A stretch of DNA of 64,000 nt from a virus: the IMG/VR virus record IMGVR_UViG_3300031521_000001. One strand, written 5' to 3'. The stretch's first letter is position 1. Every line of letters begins with the position of its first letter. The notes under the pieces are model-generated. The model was given only the letters and a program-made list of their open reading frames with translations. It made no database searches and had not been told where the DNA came from. Position numbers and translations under genes: made by a program. This document shows positions 45,932-56,475 of this stretch, one piece after another.

Positions 45932-47605
45932 ATGATAATAAAAAATAACATAGAAATAAAAACAACAAATAAAAATATTGAATATTATACCAGGTTGGGA
46001 TATAATATAAAATCTGGTGATATTATAACAATAAATGTACATGAATTACCAAAAACATCAAAACAAAAAATTGAAGTTTCTTGTGATAATTGCGATGAAA
46101 AATATACAATATCTTATTTTTCATATTTGAGAAATATAAAAGAAGATAAAGTTTATCATTGTAAAAAATGTTCAGGAATAAGGAGTAAAGAGACTAATTT
46201 GAATAAATATGGTGTAATACATCCATCACAGTTAGATGAATTTAAAGAAAAAACACAAAACACAAATTTAAAGAAATATGGAGTCAAATATTCTATGCAA
46301 AATACTGAAATTAAAAATAAATTTAAAGCTACAATAAAACAGAAGTCATCAAATATTATATTTGAAAAATATGGTGTATATAGTCCAGCACAAAATAGTG
46401 ATGTATATCAAAAGATGATGAAAAATGGCTTACACATTTATAAATTCAAAGACACAGATATTTATTATCAAGGAGAATATGAATTAGATTTTTTAAATAA
46501 GTATTTTGAAATAATAGAAATAAAAAGAGGAAGTTCTATAAAATACATTTTCAATAATAAAGAATTTATATATTTTCCTGATTTTTATAATGAGAAATTA
46601 AATTTAATAATAGAAATAAAATCATCTTATTGGTATGATAAACATAAAGATAAGAATATAGCAAAACAATTAGCATGTAAAGAACAAGGATATAATTTTA
46701 TTTTTATTATTGATAAGAATTATGATATATTCAGTAAGATAGTAGAATCTATAACATACACTAAAGAACATTGTTGGCAGTATGACATTAGATTAAATAC
46801 ATTGAAAGATGATATCATAAAAATTGACTTTGATTATAAAAATCTTAAAATTTCTGACTTTAATTTTGAATTTATAGATAAAGATGATTCAAGAACAAAA
46901 GACATTGTAACGTTCATTAAAAAATATGAGTGGCTTGGTAAGATGCCAAATAGACCGACTCACAGATTTATTGCAACATATAAAGGCATGATGGCAGGAG
47001 CAATTGTTATGTCCACCCCAAATGCATTTTCTAATATATTAGGTGATAATACATCAGATATTGAAAAATTGATAAGCAGAGGCGCTTGTGCATCTTGGAC
47101 ACCAAAGAACTTAGCAAGTGCATTAATAATGTGGTCAATTAAATGGATGGTTAAAAATACAGAATTTAGATTATTTGAAGCATATGCTGACACTGAAGCA
47201 AAAGAACTTGGCACAATTTATCAAGCTTGCAATTTTTATTATCTTGGTAACAATTTTGGATCAACTAAATTATATTTTGATCCTGAAAATATTGATAAAG
47301 GATGGGTTAATAGTAGAGGATTTAGAAAATTGAATTTTTATAAGTCTTATTTAAAATCAATTAATATTACATGGCAAGATGATTGGAACAAAAAAACAAA
47401 AATATTATGGGAAAATATTTCAGATAAAATTTCAGAATTAATGAAAACACATTCAATTGAATCTATAAACAAATGTCATATGAGAACTATAAATCATAAG
47501 CATAAATATATTTATATATTGGGTGAAAATAACAGAGAAACAAAAAAATTAAGAAATAAATTCAAATCTACAAATATGAATTATAATTATCCAAAAAATA
47601 GGTAA
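45932..47605 (+). CDS. fusion of PD-(D/E)xK endonuclease-like region and Mom-like (GNAT) DNA modification domain
   Basis: YFPDFY...IIEIKS; C-terminal LISRGAC....PKN.AS, AYAD...GTIYQACNF.YLG, KHKYIY. Confidence 0.6.
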   Translation: MIIKNNIEIKTTNKNIEYYTRLGYNIKSGDIITINVHELPKTSKQKIEVSCDNCDEKYTISYFSYLRNIKEDKVYHCKKCSGIRSKETNLNKYGVIHPSQLDEFKEKTQNTNLKKYGVKYSMQNTEIKNKFKATIKQKSSNIIFEKYGVYSPAQNSDVYQKMMKNGLHIYKFKDTDIYYQGEYELDFLNKYFEIIEIKRGSSIKYIFNNKEFIYFPDFYNEKLNLIIEIKSSYWYDKHKDKNIAKQLACKEQGYNFIFIIDKNYDIFSKIVESITYTKEHCWQYDIRLNTLKDDIIKIDFDYKNLKISDFNFEFIDKDDSRTKDIVTFIKKYEWLGKMPNRPTHRFIATYKGMMAGAIVMSTPNAFSNILGDNTSDIEKLISRGACASWTPKNLASALIMWSIKWMVKNTEFRLFEAYADTEAKELGTIYQACNFYYLGNNFGSTKLYFDPENIDKGWVNSRGFRKLNFYKSYLKSINITWQDDWNKKTKILWENISDKISELMKTHSIESINKCHMRTINHKHKYIYILGENNRETKKLRNKFKSTNMNYNYPKNR

Positions 47606-47607
47606 TT

Positions 47608-47635
47608 AAAAAGAGAGAATAAATTCTCTCTTTTT
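47608..47635. terminator. bidirectional terminator
   Basis: AAAAAGAGAGAAT-AA-ATTCTCTCTTTTT between convergent genes. Confidence 0.85.
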
Positions 47636-47640
47636 AATTT

Positions 47641-48375
47641 TTATAATGTTTTAAATCCATGATATGATATAATACCATTTTCATTGACTGTTATATACTT
47701 CTTCATACGAAATATTAAAAATTCTTTTATATCTTCTATTTCAAATGGAATATCGTAATCAAAATTATAGTTATTATCAATATAATAAAATTTATCAGTA
47801 TCAAAATAAATTAAATCAGTTTTTAATTTTAGCTTAATATCATCAAGCATTAAAGATTTGTATTTATCAAAGTTATAAATATTATGAGAATTTATTTTTG
47901 TTATTTTATCACTGACCAATAATCCATAAAATGTATTTATCATTATTTTAACAATTACATACACATCAGTATTTTTAAAATGTTTTCTATTGACATATAA
48001 ATATTTAAATAATAAATAGTAATTCATATTATTTATAGAAATAATATTATTATCAACTAATTTCACTATTAAGGCTGGATAAAAAGAATAAAATGTTAAG
48101 CATTTAATATTTCTACAAATTTTTTCTTTATAAAATTCATTAAGATATATATTAGATGATATGTCTTTATTATTATCTTTATAAAATTTTAAAACTTCCA
48201 CCTCATTCACACTAGACTCAATACATAAATCATTCATGTCAATTTTTTTAAATATATCATCTGATATTTCAAACCATACATCTTGAAGTGATTTTGTTTT
48301 ACTGACACCAGAAGTTGGTGTTAGGTTATTTTTAATATAATATTCTTTTAGAATATTGTAAATTTTTTCATTCAT
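47641..48375 (-). CDS. degenerate family-B DNA polymerase palm fragment
   Basis: FYSFYPALI (motif A, Asp lost), KIMINTFYG (motif B), YFDTD (motif C), KKY. Confidence 0.65.
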   Translation of the reverse strand: MNEKIYNILKEYYIKNNLTPTSGVSKTKSLQDVWFEISDDIFKKIDMNDLCIESSVNEVEVLKFYKDNNKDISSNIYLNEFYKEKICRNIKCLTFYSFYPALIVKLVDNNIISINNMNYYLLFKYLYVNRKHFKNTDVYVIVKIMINTFYGLLVSDKITKINSHNIYNFDKYKSLMLDDIKLKLKTDLIYFDTDKFYYIDNNYNFDYDIPFEIEDIKEFLIFRMKKYITVNENGIISYHGFKTL

Positions 48376-48515
48376 ATATTTTTGATTAATTTTTGAAATT
48401 ATCTTAACCTAATTTGAAGTCATCTAATATTAGGTAATAATCTATTCATTTTATAGAAATAAACAAAAAAAGTTTTTTATTTTAATATATAGAATTATAA
48501 AAAAAATAATATAAT

Positions 48516-48893
48516 ATGCTAACTCAATTTGACAACTATATAAATGAATTTTATACTGGTAAATTTGCATCTGCTGGATTTAAAAGTAATGAACCAACAA
48601 ATGAATATGATTTCAGTGTTGATATAAAATATAGCAAAGAAAATGAAGATAAAATAAAGAATGATATTTTATCCAAATATAATATTCCTTATAATGATTT
48701 ATCATTTGAAAGATTTGGTGATACTCAAACACTAAAATTGAAATTTTTATCTTATAGCAATTGGGAAGCAGCTTCAATAGTAACAACTTTTTTAGATGAG
48801 CTAGTAGATCATGAAATTCCTTTTGACTCCAGAACAATTGATGTACCTACATTAAGAAAAGAAGATAGAACCAAAGTTACTGGATTCAAATAA
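48516..48893 (+). CDS. hypothetical protein with capsid-targeting-like N-terminus
   Basis: MLTQFDNYINE. Confidence 0.7.
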   Translation: MLTQFDNYINEFYTGKFASAGFKSNEPTNEYDFSVDIKYSKENEDKIKNDILSKYNIPYNDLSFERFGDTQTLKLKFLSYSNWEAASIVTTFLDELVDHEIPFDSRTIDVPTLRKEDRTKVTGFK

Positions 48894-49017
48894 TTTTAAA
48901 CTTTTCTATTTATTTAAATTATAATTATCAATGATAAATATAATTATATTTTTCAAGTGATAATCATTATCTATTGAAACCATTGTCACATTCAATGAAA
49001 TATAATTTAAAAAATGA

Positions 49018-49698
49018 ATGATATTGATGAAACTATTAATTAAATTTCCAACTAGAAACAGACCAACTAAATTTTTAGAAGTTTTAGATTTATATTATAA
49101 AAATATTAATAATATAGAACTCACAGAATTTTGTATTTCAATAGATGAAGATGATTTATCTATGAACAATGAAGATATTCTTTCAAAACTAGATAATTAT
49201 GAAAATTTGAGTGTATTTATTGGGAATTCTGAGTCAAAAATAGAAGCTTGTAACTCTGATATAAATGAAATAGAAGATTGGGATATAGTATTATTAGCAT
49301 CTGATGATATGATTCCTCAGATTAAAGGATATGATGATATAATAAGATACAATATGGAAAAATATTATTCAAATACTGATGGAGTTTTATGGTTTTTTGA
49401 TGGCAACAGAAGAGATATAAACACACTTTGTATATTAGGAAAGAAATACTATAATAGATTTGGATATATTTACCACAAAGGGTATAAGAGCTTCTATTGT
49501 GATGATGAATTCACTAAGGTCGCAAACAAATTAAACAAACAAACATTTATAGAAGAAACAATCATAAAGCATGAACATCCAGACATACCTGAATTTAGAA
49601 ATCAATTTGATGATTTGTATGCAAAAAACAATAAATACTATCAAACAGATTATAATTTCTTTCAATTAAGGCAAAAAAACAAATTTGGATTAAAATGA
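49018..49698 (+). CDS. glycosyltransferase (GT2-like)
   Basis: KFPTRNR, SDDM DxD-like motif, YCDDE, H.H. Confidence 0.75.
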   Translation: MILMKLLIKFPTRNRPTKFLEVLDLYYKNINNIELTEFCISIDEDDLSMNNEDILSKLDNYENLSVFIGNSESKIEACNSDINEIEDWDIVLLASDDMIPQIKGYDDIIRYNMEKYYSNTDGVLWFFDGNRRDINTLCILGKKYYNRFGYIYHKGYKSFYCDDEFTKVANKLNKQTFIEETIIKHEHPDIPEFRNQFDDLYAKNNKYYQTDYNFFQLRQKNKFGLK

Positions 49699-50354
49699 AA
49701 AAGATAATATCATTTAGTTTATGGGGAGATGATCCTAAATATTGCATAGGAGCAATAAAAAATGCAAAATTAACTAATCAAATCTATCCAGGATGGACTT
49801 CTAGATTCTACTGTGGTAAAAGCGTACCATCTAATATAATTGAACAATTAATAGAAATACAAAATTGTGAAGTTTTAATTGTGGACGAATTAGGAAATTG
49901 GTCAGGTATGTTTTGGAGATTTTTAGCTGCTAGTGATAGTGATGTTGACGTTATGATAAGTAGAGATTGTGATTCAAGATTAAATTTAAGAGAAAAATCT
50001 GCAGTTGATCAATGGATGAAAAGCAGTAAAGAATTTCATATAATGAGAGATCATCCCTGGCACACAGCCCTAATATTAGGTGGAATGTGGGGAGTAAAAT
50101 ATCCAAAATTGAACAACATGATAACACTTGTTGATAAATATTCAAAAGGTGATTTTTGGCAAGTTGATCAGAATTTTTTAAAAGAAATAATATATCCAAT
50201 AATTCAAAATGATTGTATGATACACGATGAATTTTTCATAACTAATTCAAATAGATTACCATTCCCATCTAATAGAATTGGTCAAGAATTTGTAGGAGAA
50301 AGTTTTGATGAAAATGATAATCCAAACTTAATTCATAGAAGTAAGATAAATTAA
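49695..50354 (+). CDS. putative glycosyltransferase-like protein
   Basis: ISFSLWG, MFWRF, SRDCDSR, HIMRDHP.H, GGMWG, DQ.FL. Confidence 0.6.
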   Translation: MKKIISFSLWGDDPKYCIGAIKNAKLTNQIYPGWTSRFYCGKSVPSNIIEQLIEIQNCEVLIVDELGNWSGMFWRFLAASDSDVDVMISRDCDSRLNLREKSAVDQWMKSSKEFHIMRDHPWHTALILGGMWGVKYPKLNNMITLVDKYSKGDFWQVDQNFLKEIIYPIIQNDCMIHDEFFITNSNRLPFPSNRIGQEFVGESFDENDNPNLIHRSKIN

Positions 50355-50362
50355 TTTAATTT

Positions 50363-51253
50363 ATGTATAAAAACAATAAAATAGACGAATTAAATGATAT
50401 TTCATATTATGAAAATTATGGAATAGAAAAATCATTAAATTTTGCGAAAACTCTAACTGAAGAATATACAGATAACATAAATTTTTATTTATATTGGATA
50501 GGTAATAATGTAAATTATAAGCATTATGTAGTTTTAAAATCTTTTTTAGCAACTCAGAATTTAGAAATATGTAAACTTATAATATACAGTGATGTCAAAC
50601 TTGAAAATAATATTATTTTTGACGAATTCAAAAAATTCAAAAATAATATCGAATTTAGAATATTTGATGTTTATGAAGAAACTAAAAATACATTATTAGA
50701 AAATTTTAATTATTTATCAAAAATAAAAAATCATGAATTAAACCCTGCATTAGAAAGTGATTTTTTTAGATTACTAATTTTAAATAAATACGGAGGATTA
50801 TATTGTGATTTCGATATTTTATTTTTAAGAGATATGAGTCCATTATTAAAATATGAATTTGTATATAAATGGGAGAATTATAAAGCTTGCTCATATTTAA
50901 ATGGAGCTGTGATGAGATTATTTAAGAATAGTGAATTATCAATACAAATGATAAAAGAAATGATAAACAAAGAACCTTTAATAGGATCATTATGTTGGGC
51001 ATCAGAAGTGTATTGTTCTGTCGCTAAATATAATAACAATTTAATAGTTTTTCCAGCATCATTTTTTAATCCAGAATGGCAATTATCTATACCAATAAAT
51101 GGATTTGAAATATATAAATATAGTGAAGAATTATATGATGGTAGTTTTACATGGCATTGGCACAATAGATGGGAAAGTACAATAGAAAAAAATTCAAAAT
51201 TTGATATTTTAGATAATATAATTAACAAAAAATTAAAATTAAAATATGATTGA
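50363..51253 (+). CDS. glycosyltransferase, GT32 / DXD sugar-binding family
   Basis: SDFFRLLIL.KYGGLYCDFD. Confidence 0.85.
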   Translation: MYKNNKIDELNDISYYENYGIEKSLNFAKTLTEEYTDNINFYLYWIGNNVNYKHYVVLKSFLATQNLEICKLIIYSDVKLENNIIFDEFKKFKNNIEFRIFDVYEETKNTLLENFNYLSKIKNHELNPALESDFFRLLILNKYGGLYCDFDILFLRDMSPLLKYEFVYKWENYKACSYLNGAVMRLFKNSELSIQMIKEMINKEPLIGSLCWASEVYCSVAKYNNNLIVFPASFFNPEWQLSIPINGFEIYKYSEELYDGSFTWHWHNRWESTIEKNSKFDILDNIINKKLKLKYD

Positions 51254-51965
51254 TAAATTAGGAATAGGTATAATGACTTCCATAAATTTAAAAGATAGAT
51301 ATATGGCATGTAAAAATACATGGGTATTAGATTTTGATAATATTTTTTTATTTGGAGGTGATTCTGAAGATGATAATTTAATAAGATTAAAAAATGTTGG
51401 AGAAGATTACAATAGTTGCTTTCTTAAACAACAATTAGGATTAAAGTATATTTACGAAAAAAATGATGAACTTGATTGGTACTGTATGGTTGGCTGTGAT
51501 ACTATTCTATATAAAAATAATATAATAGAAGAGCTATATAAATTTAATAGAGACGATGATTTATTTTTAGGACAATCAAACAATCACTTAGTAGTCAACA
51601 GCACAAAAATATTGGCTGTAGCAGGTGGAGGTGGCTTTTTTATTAGTAATTCATTAATGAGAAAAATATATCCGAAAATTTCAGAATTTAATGATACTTG
51701 GAAATTTTTATCTGATTCTAATAAATTACCAGTACCATATGCAATAGCAGATATAGCAATAGCTTATATGATCAAGATATATTTTAATATAGACTTAATT
51801 CATATATCAGGTATGTTCTCTCAGAATCCAAGCAAATATGTAAAAAGTAACAATTATTGTTTCTTGAATGATAATGATATAAATAGATTAAATTCTCCAT
51901 TGTCTTATCATTATATTAAACCAATTGAAATGAATGATATATATAATAAATACAAAAAAACATAA
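51246..51965 (+). CDS. Fringe-like glycosyltransferase (GT31-like)
   Basis: R..AC..TW, DWY..VGCDT, GGGGF..S, D.AI, SYH. Confidence 0.7.
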   Translation: MIDKLGIGIMTSINLKDRYMACKNTWVLDFDNIFLFGGDSEDDNLIRLKNVGEDYNSCFLKQQLGLKYIYEKNDELDWYCMVGCDTILYKNNIIEELYKFNRDDDLFLGQSNNHLVVNSTKILAVAGGGGFFISNSLMRKIYPKISEFNDTWKFLSDSNKLPVPYAIADIAIAYMIKIYFNIDLIHISGMFSQNPSKYVKSNNYCFLNDNDINRLNSPLSYHYIKPIEMNDIYNKYKKT

Positions 51966-51968
51966 AAA

Positions 51969-53000
51969 ATGAATTTTTTTAATTTAGATCTACATATATC
52001 AGTTATAGCAGATATTAAACAAATATTTAATGATTTAGGTCATGAAATAAATATAAATTATTTATCAAATCATGCTTGGGTATTTAATAAATTACCAAAT
52101 AACAATTACATAGTCAATCAATCAAATTGGAAAAATATTACGCCAGAAATATGTGATAATTTTTATATAAATCATAGGAAAGAATTAGAAAAATATGATG
52201 GGTTTATTGTTACTCATATTCCTATGATTTCTCTATTATATGAGAAATTCAATAAGCCAATAATTTTTGTAGCCAGTACTAGATATGAATATCCTTTCAC
52301 AAATGATGAAACAAGATGGAAATGGTTTAATAATTATATAAACAATAATAATAACATAATTACTATATCTAATAATTTATATGACAAATGGTATTGTGAG
52401 AGATTTTTAAATAAGAAATTTGAATATATTCCTAGTCTTTGTGAATATACGAATTCGAAGTACATTGAAAATAAAAATAAATCAATTTTATATTCTAGAT
52501 CAATAAAAATTAAAAATGAGAATATAATAGATAAAGAAAATATGGGCAAATATGATTGGAGTGACTTATCAAATCATAAAAGTATAATTCACATTCCATA
52601 CAATGTTTCCACTATGTCTATATTTGAGCAATATAATTCAAATATTCCACTATTATTTCCAGATAAAAAACTATTAACAGAATTATACAAAAATAAATCA
52701 TGTTTTAGTGAAATATCATATACTCAAATATTATCAAATTCAAAAAATAACACATTAAATATTAAAAATATAGATCCAAATAATATTAATGATCCAAATT
52801 TATTAAACAAATTAATAGAATATTCAGATTTTTACAATGATGATATGAATCAAATAAATTATTTTTCTTCTTTTGATGATTTGAATTATAAACTGATTCA
52901 ATTAAATTTTAATGAGATATCAGAAAAAATGAAAGAACACAATAAAGAAAAAAAAGATAGAGTATACAAAGAATGGAAAAATATTTTAAATAAATTATAA
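51969..53000 (+). CDS. putative glycosyltransferase (GT-B-like)
   Basis: DLHISVI, H.PY.VSTMS.FE.Y...IPL..P; cluster context. Confidence 0.5.
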   Translation: MNFFNLDLHISVIADIKQIFNDLGHEININYLSNHAWVFNKLPNNNYIVNQSNWKNITPEICDNFYINHRKELEKYDGFIVTHIPMISLLYEKFNKPIIFVASTRYEYPFTNDETRWKWFNNYINNNNNIITISNNLYDKWYCERFLNKKFEYIPSLCEYTNSKYIENKNKSILYSRSIKIKNENIIDKENMGKYDWSDLSNHKSIIHIPYNVSTMSIFEQYNSNIPLLFPDKKLLTELYKNKSCFSEISYTQILSNSKNNTLNIKNIDPNNINDPNLLNKLIEYSDFYNDDMNQINYFSSFDDLNYKLIQLNFNEISEKMKEHNKEKKDRVYKEWKNILNKL

Positions 53001-53010
53001 AAAATAAATT

Positions 53011-53637
53011 ATGACCAGAAAAATAGTAATCGCACATTATAAAGAAAACTTAGATTGGTGTTTAAATATTAAGGATAAATACGATATAAAAATATATTCA
53101 AAAACAAACAATAATTATAATTTTTTAGATAATAATAAAGGAAATGAAGTTCCAATGTATTTAAAATACATTATAGATAATTATAATGATTTACCAGACA
53201 GAACTATGTTTCTTCATGGTCATAATAATTCATGGCATCAAGATTATGAATCAAAATATATAATAGAGAACATAAATTGGGGCACCAGAGATTTTTTTTC
53301 TGTTAATAAACGTTCTTTATATCAAGAAATAAGCAAAAAATATACACTAAATGAAAATAAAAATGCATTTGATGATTGGATTAGGAAAAATTGGAATATA
53401 TTTCAAGATAAATTGATATTTCCAGAAGATGGATTATTTTTTTATACTGGAGCACAATTTGTAGTCTCAAAAAAATTAATATTACAATATGATATAATTT
53501 TTTGGAAAAAATTGTTTGATTGGGTGACAAGCACAAACATTAATAACGCAATAACATCAAGGATATTTGAATATACTTGGCATTATATTTTTACTAAAAA
53601 TAGAATAGAAGAAAAAATATCAAAAATATTAAAATGA
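53011..53637 (+). CDS. DUF3431-like protein (putative glycosyltransferase)
   Basis: VIAHYKENLDW, NKGNE...YL.YIIDNY.DLP...FLH.H...WH, AQFVVS, FEY.WH.IF. Confidence 0.8.
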   Translation: MTRKIVIAHYKENLDWCLNIKDKYDIKIYSKTNNNYNFLDNNKGNEVPMYLKYIIDNYNDLPDRTMFLHGHNNSWHQDYESKYIIENINWGTRDFFSVNKRSLYQEISKKYTLNENKNAFDDWIRKNWNIFQDKLIFPEDGLFFYTGAQFVVSKKLILQYDIIFWKKLFDWVTSTNINNAITSRIFEYTWHYIFTKNRIEEKISKILK

Positions 53638-54191
53638 AAATAAATATAATAACACCTTGCAGTAGGCCAGAGAATTTAATGACAATATCAAAAAGCATAA
53701 ATATACCAAAAGAAAATTATAGATGGATAGTAGTTTTTGATAGAGATGAATTACCAAATAACGAATTAATCCCAAGTAATTGTGAGGTTTATCTTCATAA
53801 AAATTCAAAAAGTAAAGTAGGACACGCTCAAAGAAATTTTGCATTAGATATAATAAAAGAAAATTATGTATATTTCAATGATGATGATACAATAATTCAT
53901 CCTGATTTTTGGGAAAATGTGAAAGATTCAACTGAGGATTTTATATATTTCATTCAGGATAGAAAGGACGGTACTATTAGAATTTATAGTAATACAGTAC
54001 AAGTTGGCAATATAGATAGTCATAATTTTCTATTGAAATATGATATAATAGGGGACACAAGATGGATCATAAATAAATATGAGGCTGATGGTATATTTGC
54101 AAATGAATGTTTCAATAAATCAAAAACCAATAAGAGAATAAATAAAGTATTATCTACATATAATTACCTAAATGATGAACATCAAAAATAA
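53634..54191 (+). CDS. glycosyltransferase family 2
   Basis: IITP..R, RN.ALD, YFNDDD, ADG.F. Confidence 0.8.
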   Translation: MKINIITPCSRPENLMTISKSINIPKENYRWIVVFDRDELPNNELIPSNCEVYLHKNSKSKVGHAQRNFALDIIKENYVYFNDDDTIIHPDFWENVKDSTEDFIYFIQDRKDGTIRIYSNTVQVGNIDSHNFLLKYDIIGDTRWIINKYEADGIFANECFNKSKTNKRINKVLSTYNYLNDEHQK

Positions 54192-54205
54192 ATAATGACA
54201 TCTAA

Positions 54206-54496
54206 TTAGATGTCATTATTTTTTAATATGTTTTCTTGTTGTTCTTCTAATTCCATAATTTTAAATGAAACTTCATTATATTTCTCAACTACTTCTGGTT
54301 TAAACCAAATTGCATTTCTAGTAATAGATTCTTTGTTATCAATATCTATTAATCTAAAAATACCTTTTTCTTTCACATAAGGAAATAATCCTTTGCTCTT
54401 ATTTATGTGATATGTAGATGACATATTTCCACTACCAATAACATCACTAAAGTTAACAGATTTATATTCAGTTTCGTATATTTTTAAATGATTCAT
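54206..54496 (-). CDS. hypothetical protein with capsid-targeting-like N-terminus
   Basis: MNHLKIYE. Confidence 0.65.
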   Translation of the reverse strand: MNHLKIYETEYKSVNFSDVIGSGNMSSTYHINKSKGLFPYVKEKGIFRLIDIDNKESITRNAIWFKPEVVEKYNEVSFKIMELEEQQENILKNNDI

Positions 54497-54502
54497 TTAA
54501 TA

Positions 54503-54706
54503 TTAATTGTTTTTATATTTTTCATTGACAAATTTATCAAAATCACAAATCAATGACTCATGTTTACGTTTCTTGACACGCTTAGGAAGTCCTTTATGTT
54601 TTGTTGAGGCAAAATCATTCGCATCTTTATTACTGATGTGTTTTGCTATTTTTTTAATTGTAGGCGACACATCTGTTAATTCTCCTTTTTGATAGGCATG
54701 AACTAT
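54503..54706 (-). pseudogene. 5'-truncated DUF3008-like gene
   Basis: Frame IVHAYQKGEL...DFASTKHKGLP...DFDKFVNE*; no ATG and no MPAKS...QQ N-terminus. Confidence 0.55.
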
Positions 54707-54729
54707 TATTAAGTAATTAAAATATTTAA

Positions 54730-55131
54730 TTATCTCATTGAGCTTAGTTTAGATAATCCATAAAAAATATCAGATATTCTAACTTTTAAAACAGAAAGTG
54801 TTTGTGAACTATAAACAGCAGATGATGAAGGTCTTTGTAAAAGTGCGGTTAACCATATTGTATCACCACGCTTAACTTGTTTTAAACTTAAATCAGTATT
54901 AAGAACTGGTCCGCCAGCAACCTCATCCAATTTTTTAATTTCATCTTTATCAGTAATCAATCCAGTAATTTGAACTATATTAACAGGTCCTGTTACTTTT
55001 TCATATTCACCATTATCTAATTTAGATATAGCAATAATATCATCAGACAAAGTATCATATTCTTTTTCTTTATCAAAGGTTTTTAATTTTTTAGATTTGA
55101 AATCATCAAATTTTGTTGTTATATCTGGCAT
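54730..55131 (-). CDS. hypothetical protein
   Basis: 133-aa ORF, MPDITTKFDDF. Confidence 0.7.
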   Translation of the reverse strand: MPDITTKFDDFKSKKLKTFDKEKEYDTLSDDIIAISKLDNGEYEKVTGPVNIVQITGLITDKDEIKKLDEVAGGPVLNTDLSLKQVKRGDTIWLTALLQRPSSSAVYSSQTLSVLKVRISDIFYGLSKLSSMR

Positions 55132-55145
55132 AATTATCTTATTTT

Positions 55146-55400
55146 TTATATTGCACTGTACGTGTTTTGATATTCAATCAGAAATTCTAATATTTCATCT
55201 AAATTTTCATTCACACGATTTATATCTCCAACATATCCATAATTACCTGAATCTTTAGATTGCTCATTTGACATATTATTTAATGCTGATTTAATAATTT
55301 CTAATTTACTAATAGCAGAACTATATCCAAACATAAATTTTTTATCTACTTCAGCATTTTCTTTTATTAAATCTTCTTCTATGTGTGTAAATTTTTTCAT
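55146..55400 (-). CDS. hypothetical protein
   Basis: 84-aa ORF, NYGYVGDI.RV. Confidence 0.7.
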   Translation of the reverse strand: MKKFTHIEEDLIKENAEVDKKFMFGYSSAISKLEIIKSALNNMSNEQSKDSGNYGYVGDINRVNENLDEILEFLIEYQNTYSAI

Positions 55401-55726
55401 TCTTCTTCAAATTTTTTTATTAAAGTTGGATCTTCATCAGCTTTCAAACCTGTAATATCACCTTCTGCTGCTAATTCATCATCTTCTACATCTTCTAAAT
55501 TTGTTTCATCTTCAACTACACCAAGTTCAGAGTCTTCAACTTTAACAAATGTATAATCTGATAATTCGTCAAGTATATCTTCTTCAGTAACTTCTTCATC
55601 AGTGAAGTTATTAACTATATTATGAATATCATGCAATGTTAATACATATACTCCTTCTTCAGTTGCATCAACTTCAATAGTTGATTCATTAAGTTCGTAA
55701 TTTGTGAAATTTATTATTTTTTCCAT
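55397..55726 (-). CDS. acidic hypothetical protein
   Basis: MEKIINFTNYELNE start; very D/E rich. Confidence 0.7.
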   Translation of the reverse strand: MEKIINFTNYELNESTIEVDATEEGVYVLTLHDIHNIVNNFTDEEVTEEDILDELSDYTFVKVEDSELGVVEDETNLEDVEDDELAAEGDITGLKADEDPTLIKKFEEE

Positions 55727-55741
55727 TTTTATTTTTATTTT

Positions 55742-56050
55742 TTATATGTTAAATTTTTTTGTGTCTTTGTATGTATCAGGATCATTTAAAAATAAAATAA
55801 AATCTGAATATTCATCTCCTGTAATTCTATACCAAGTACCTTGAGATTTTGATGGTTGATAATCTACCTGTATTCTATTATTTCTTAATATTTTAAAATC
55901 TTGTATATAAATAATATCTTCATTTTTAAATTTTAAAAAATCATATAGGCAATGTTTAATATAATCTCTCTCATCATCATTTTTCTTTAATCTATCATAT
56001 GTCCAATCTCCAAATACATTAGAATTTTCATACATTTTTAAATGTTTCAT
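55742..56050 (-). CDS. small protein, K[FY]N[IL] family
   Basis: MKHLKMYE...KKFNI. Confidence 0.75.
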   Translation of the reverse strand: MKHLKMYENSNVFGDWTYDRLKKNDDERDYIKHCLYDFLKFKNEDIIYIQDFKILRNNRIQVDYQPSKSQGTWYRITGDEYSDFILFLNDPDTYKDTKKFNI

Positions 56051-56472
56051 CTTAATTTTAATTTTTCTAATAAATATTCTTTATATTTTTCTATAATTTT
56101 ATCAACTAAATAATCCTCATTAAATTTACTATTATCAATATCATAAATTTTTTTTTCATTTATTTTAATGTTAATATTATTTTCATTGTTATTCTTATAT
56201 GTAGATAAATTACTTATTATTTTATCTCCATTAGATAATCTTAGACTTAAATATGTTTTATATATTAAATTATTATTTTTGAAATTATCTTTTTTGAAAT
56301 ATCCAACAATTTCAGTTAATCTTATTGGTTTAGGACTATTTTTTCTTCTATATGATATAATAGAAAGTTCATGAGTTATCTTATCAATAAATTCTTTATT
56401 TTCATTTTCTACGTCAATTTTTATATCAGTTAAATCTATTTTTTCATATAATTTTTCAAATTTTGTTATCAT
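56047..56472 (-). CDS. hypothetical protein, MITKF N-terminal group
   Basis: MITKFEKLYE. Confidence 0.7.
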   Translation of the reverse strand: MITKFEKLYEKIDLTDIKIDVENENKEFIDKITHELSIISYRRKNSPKPIRLTEIVGYFKKDNFKNNNLIYKTYLSLRLSNGDKIISNLSTYKNNNENNINIKINEKKIYDIDNSKFNEDYLVDKIIEKYKEYLLEKLKLR

Positions 56473-56475
56473 TTT

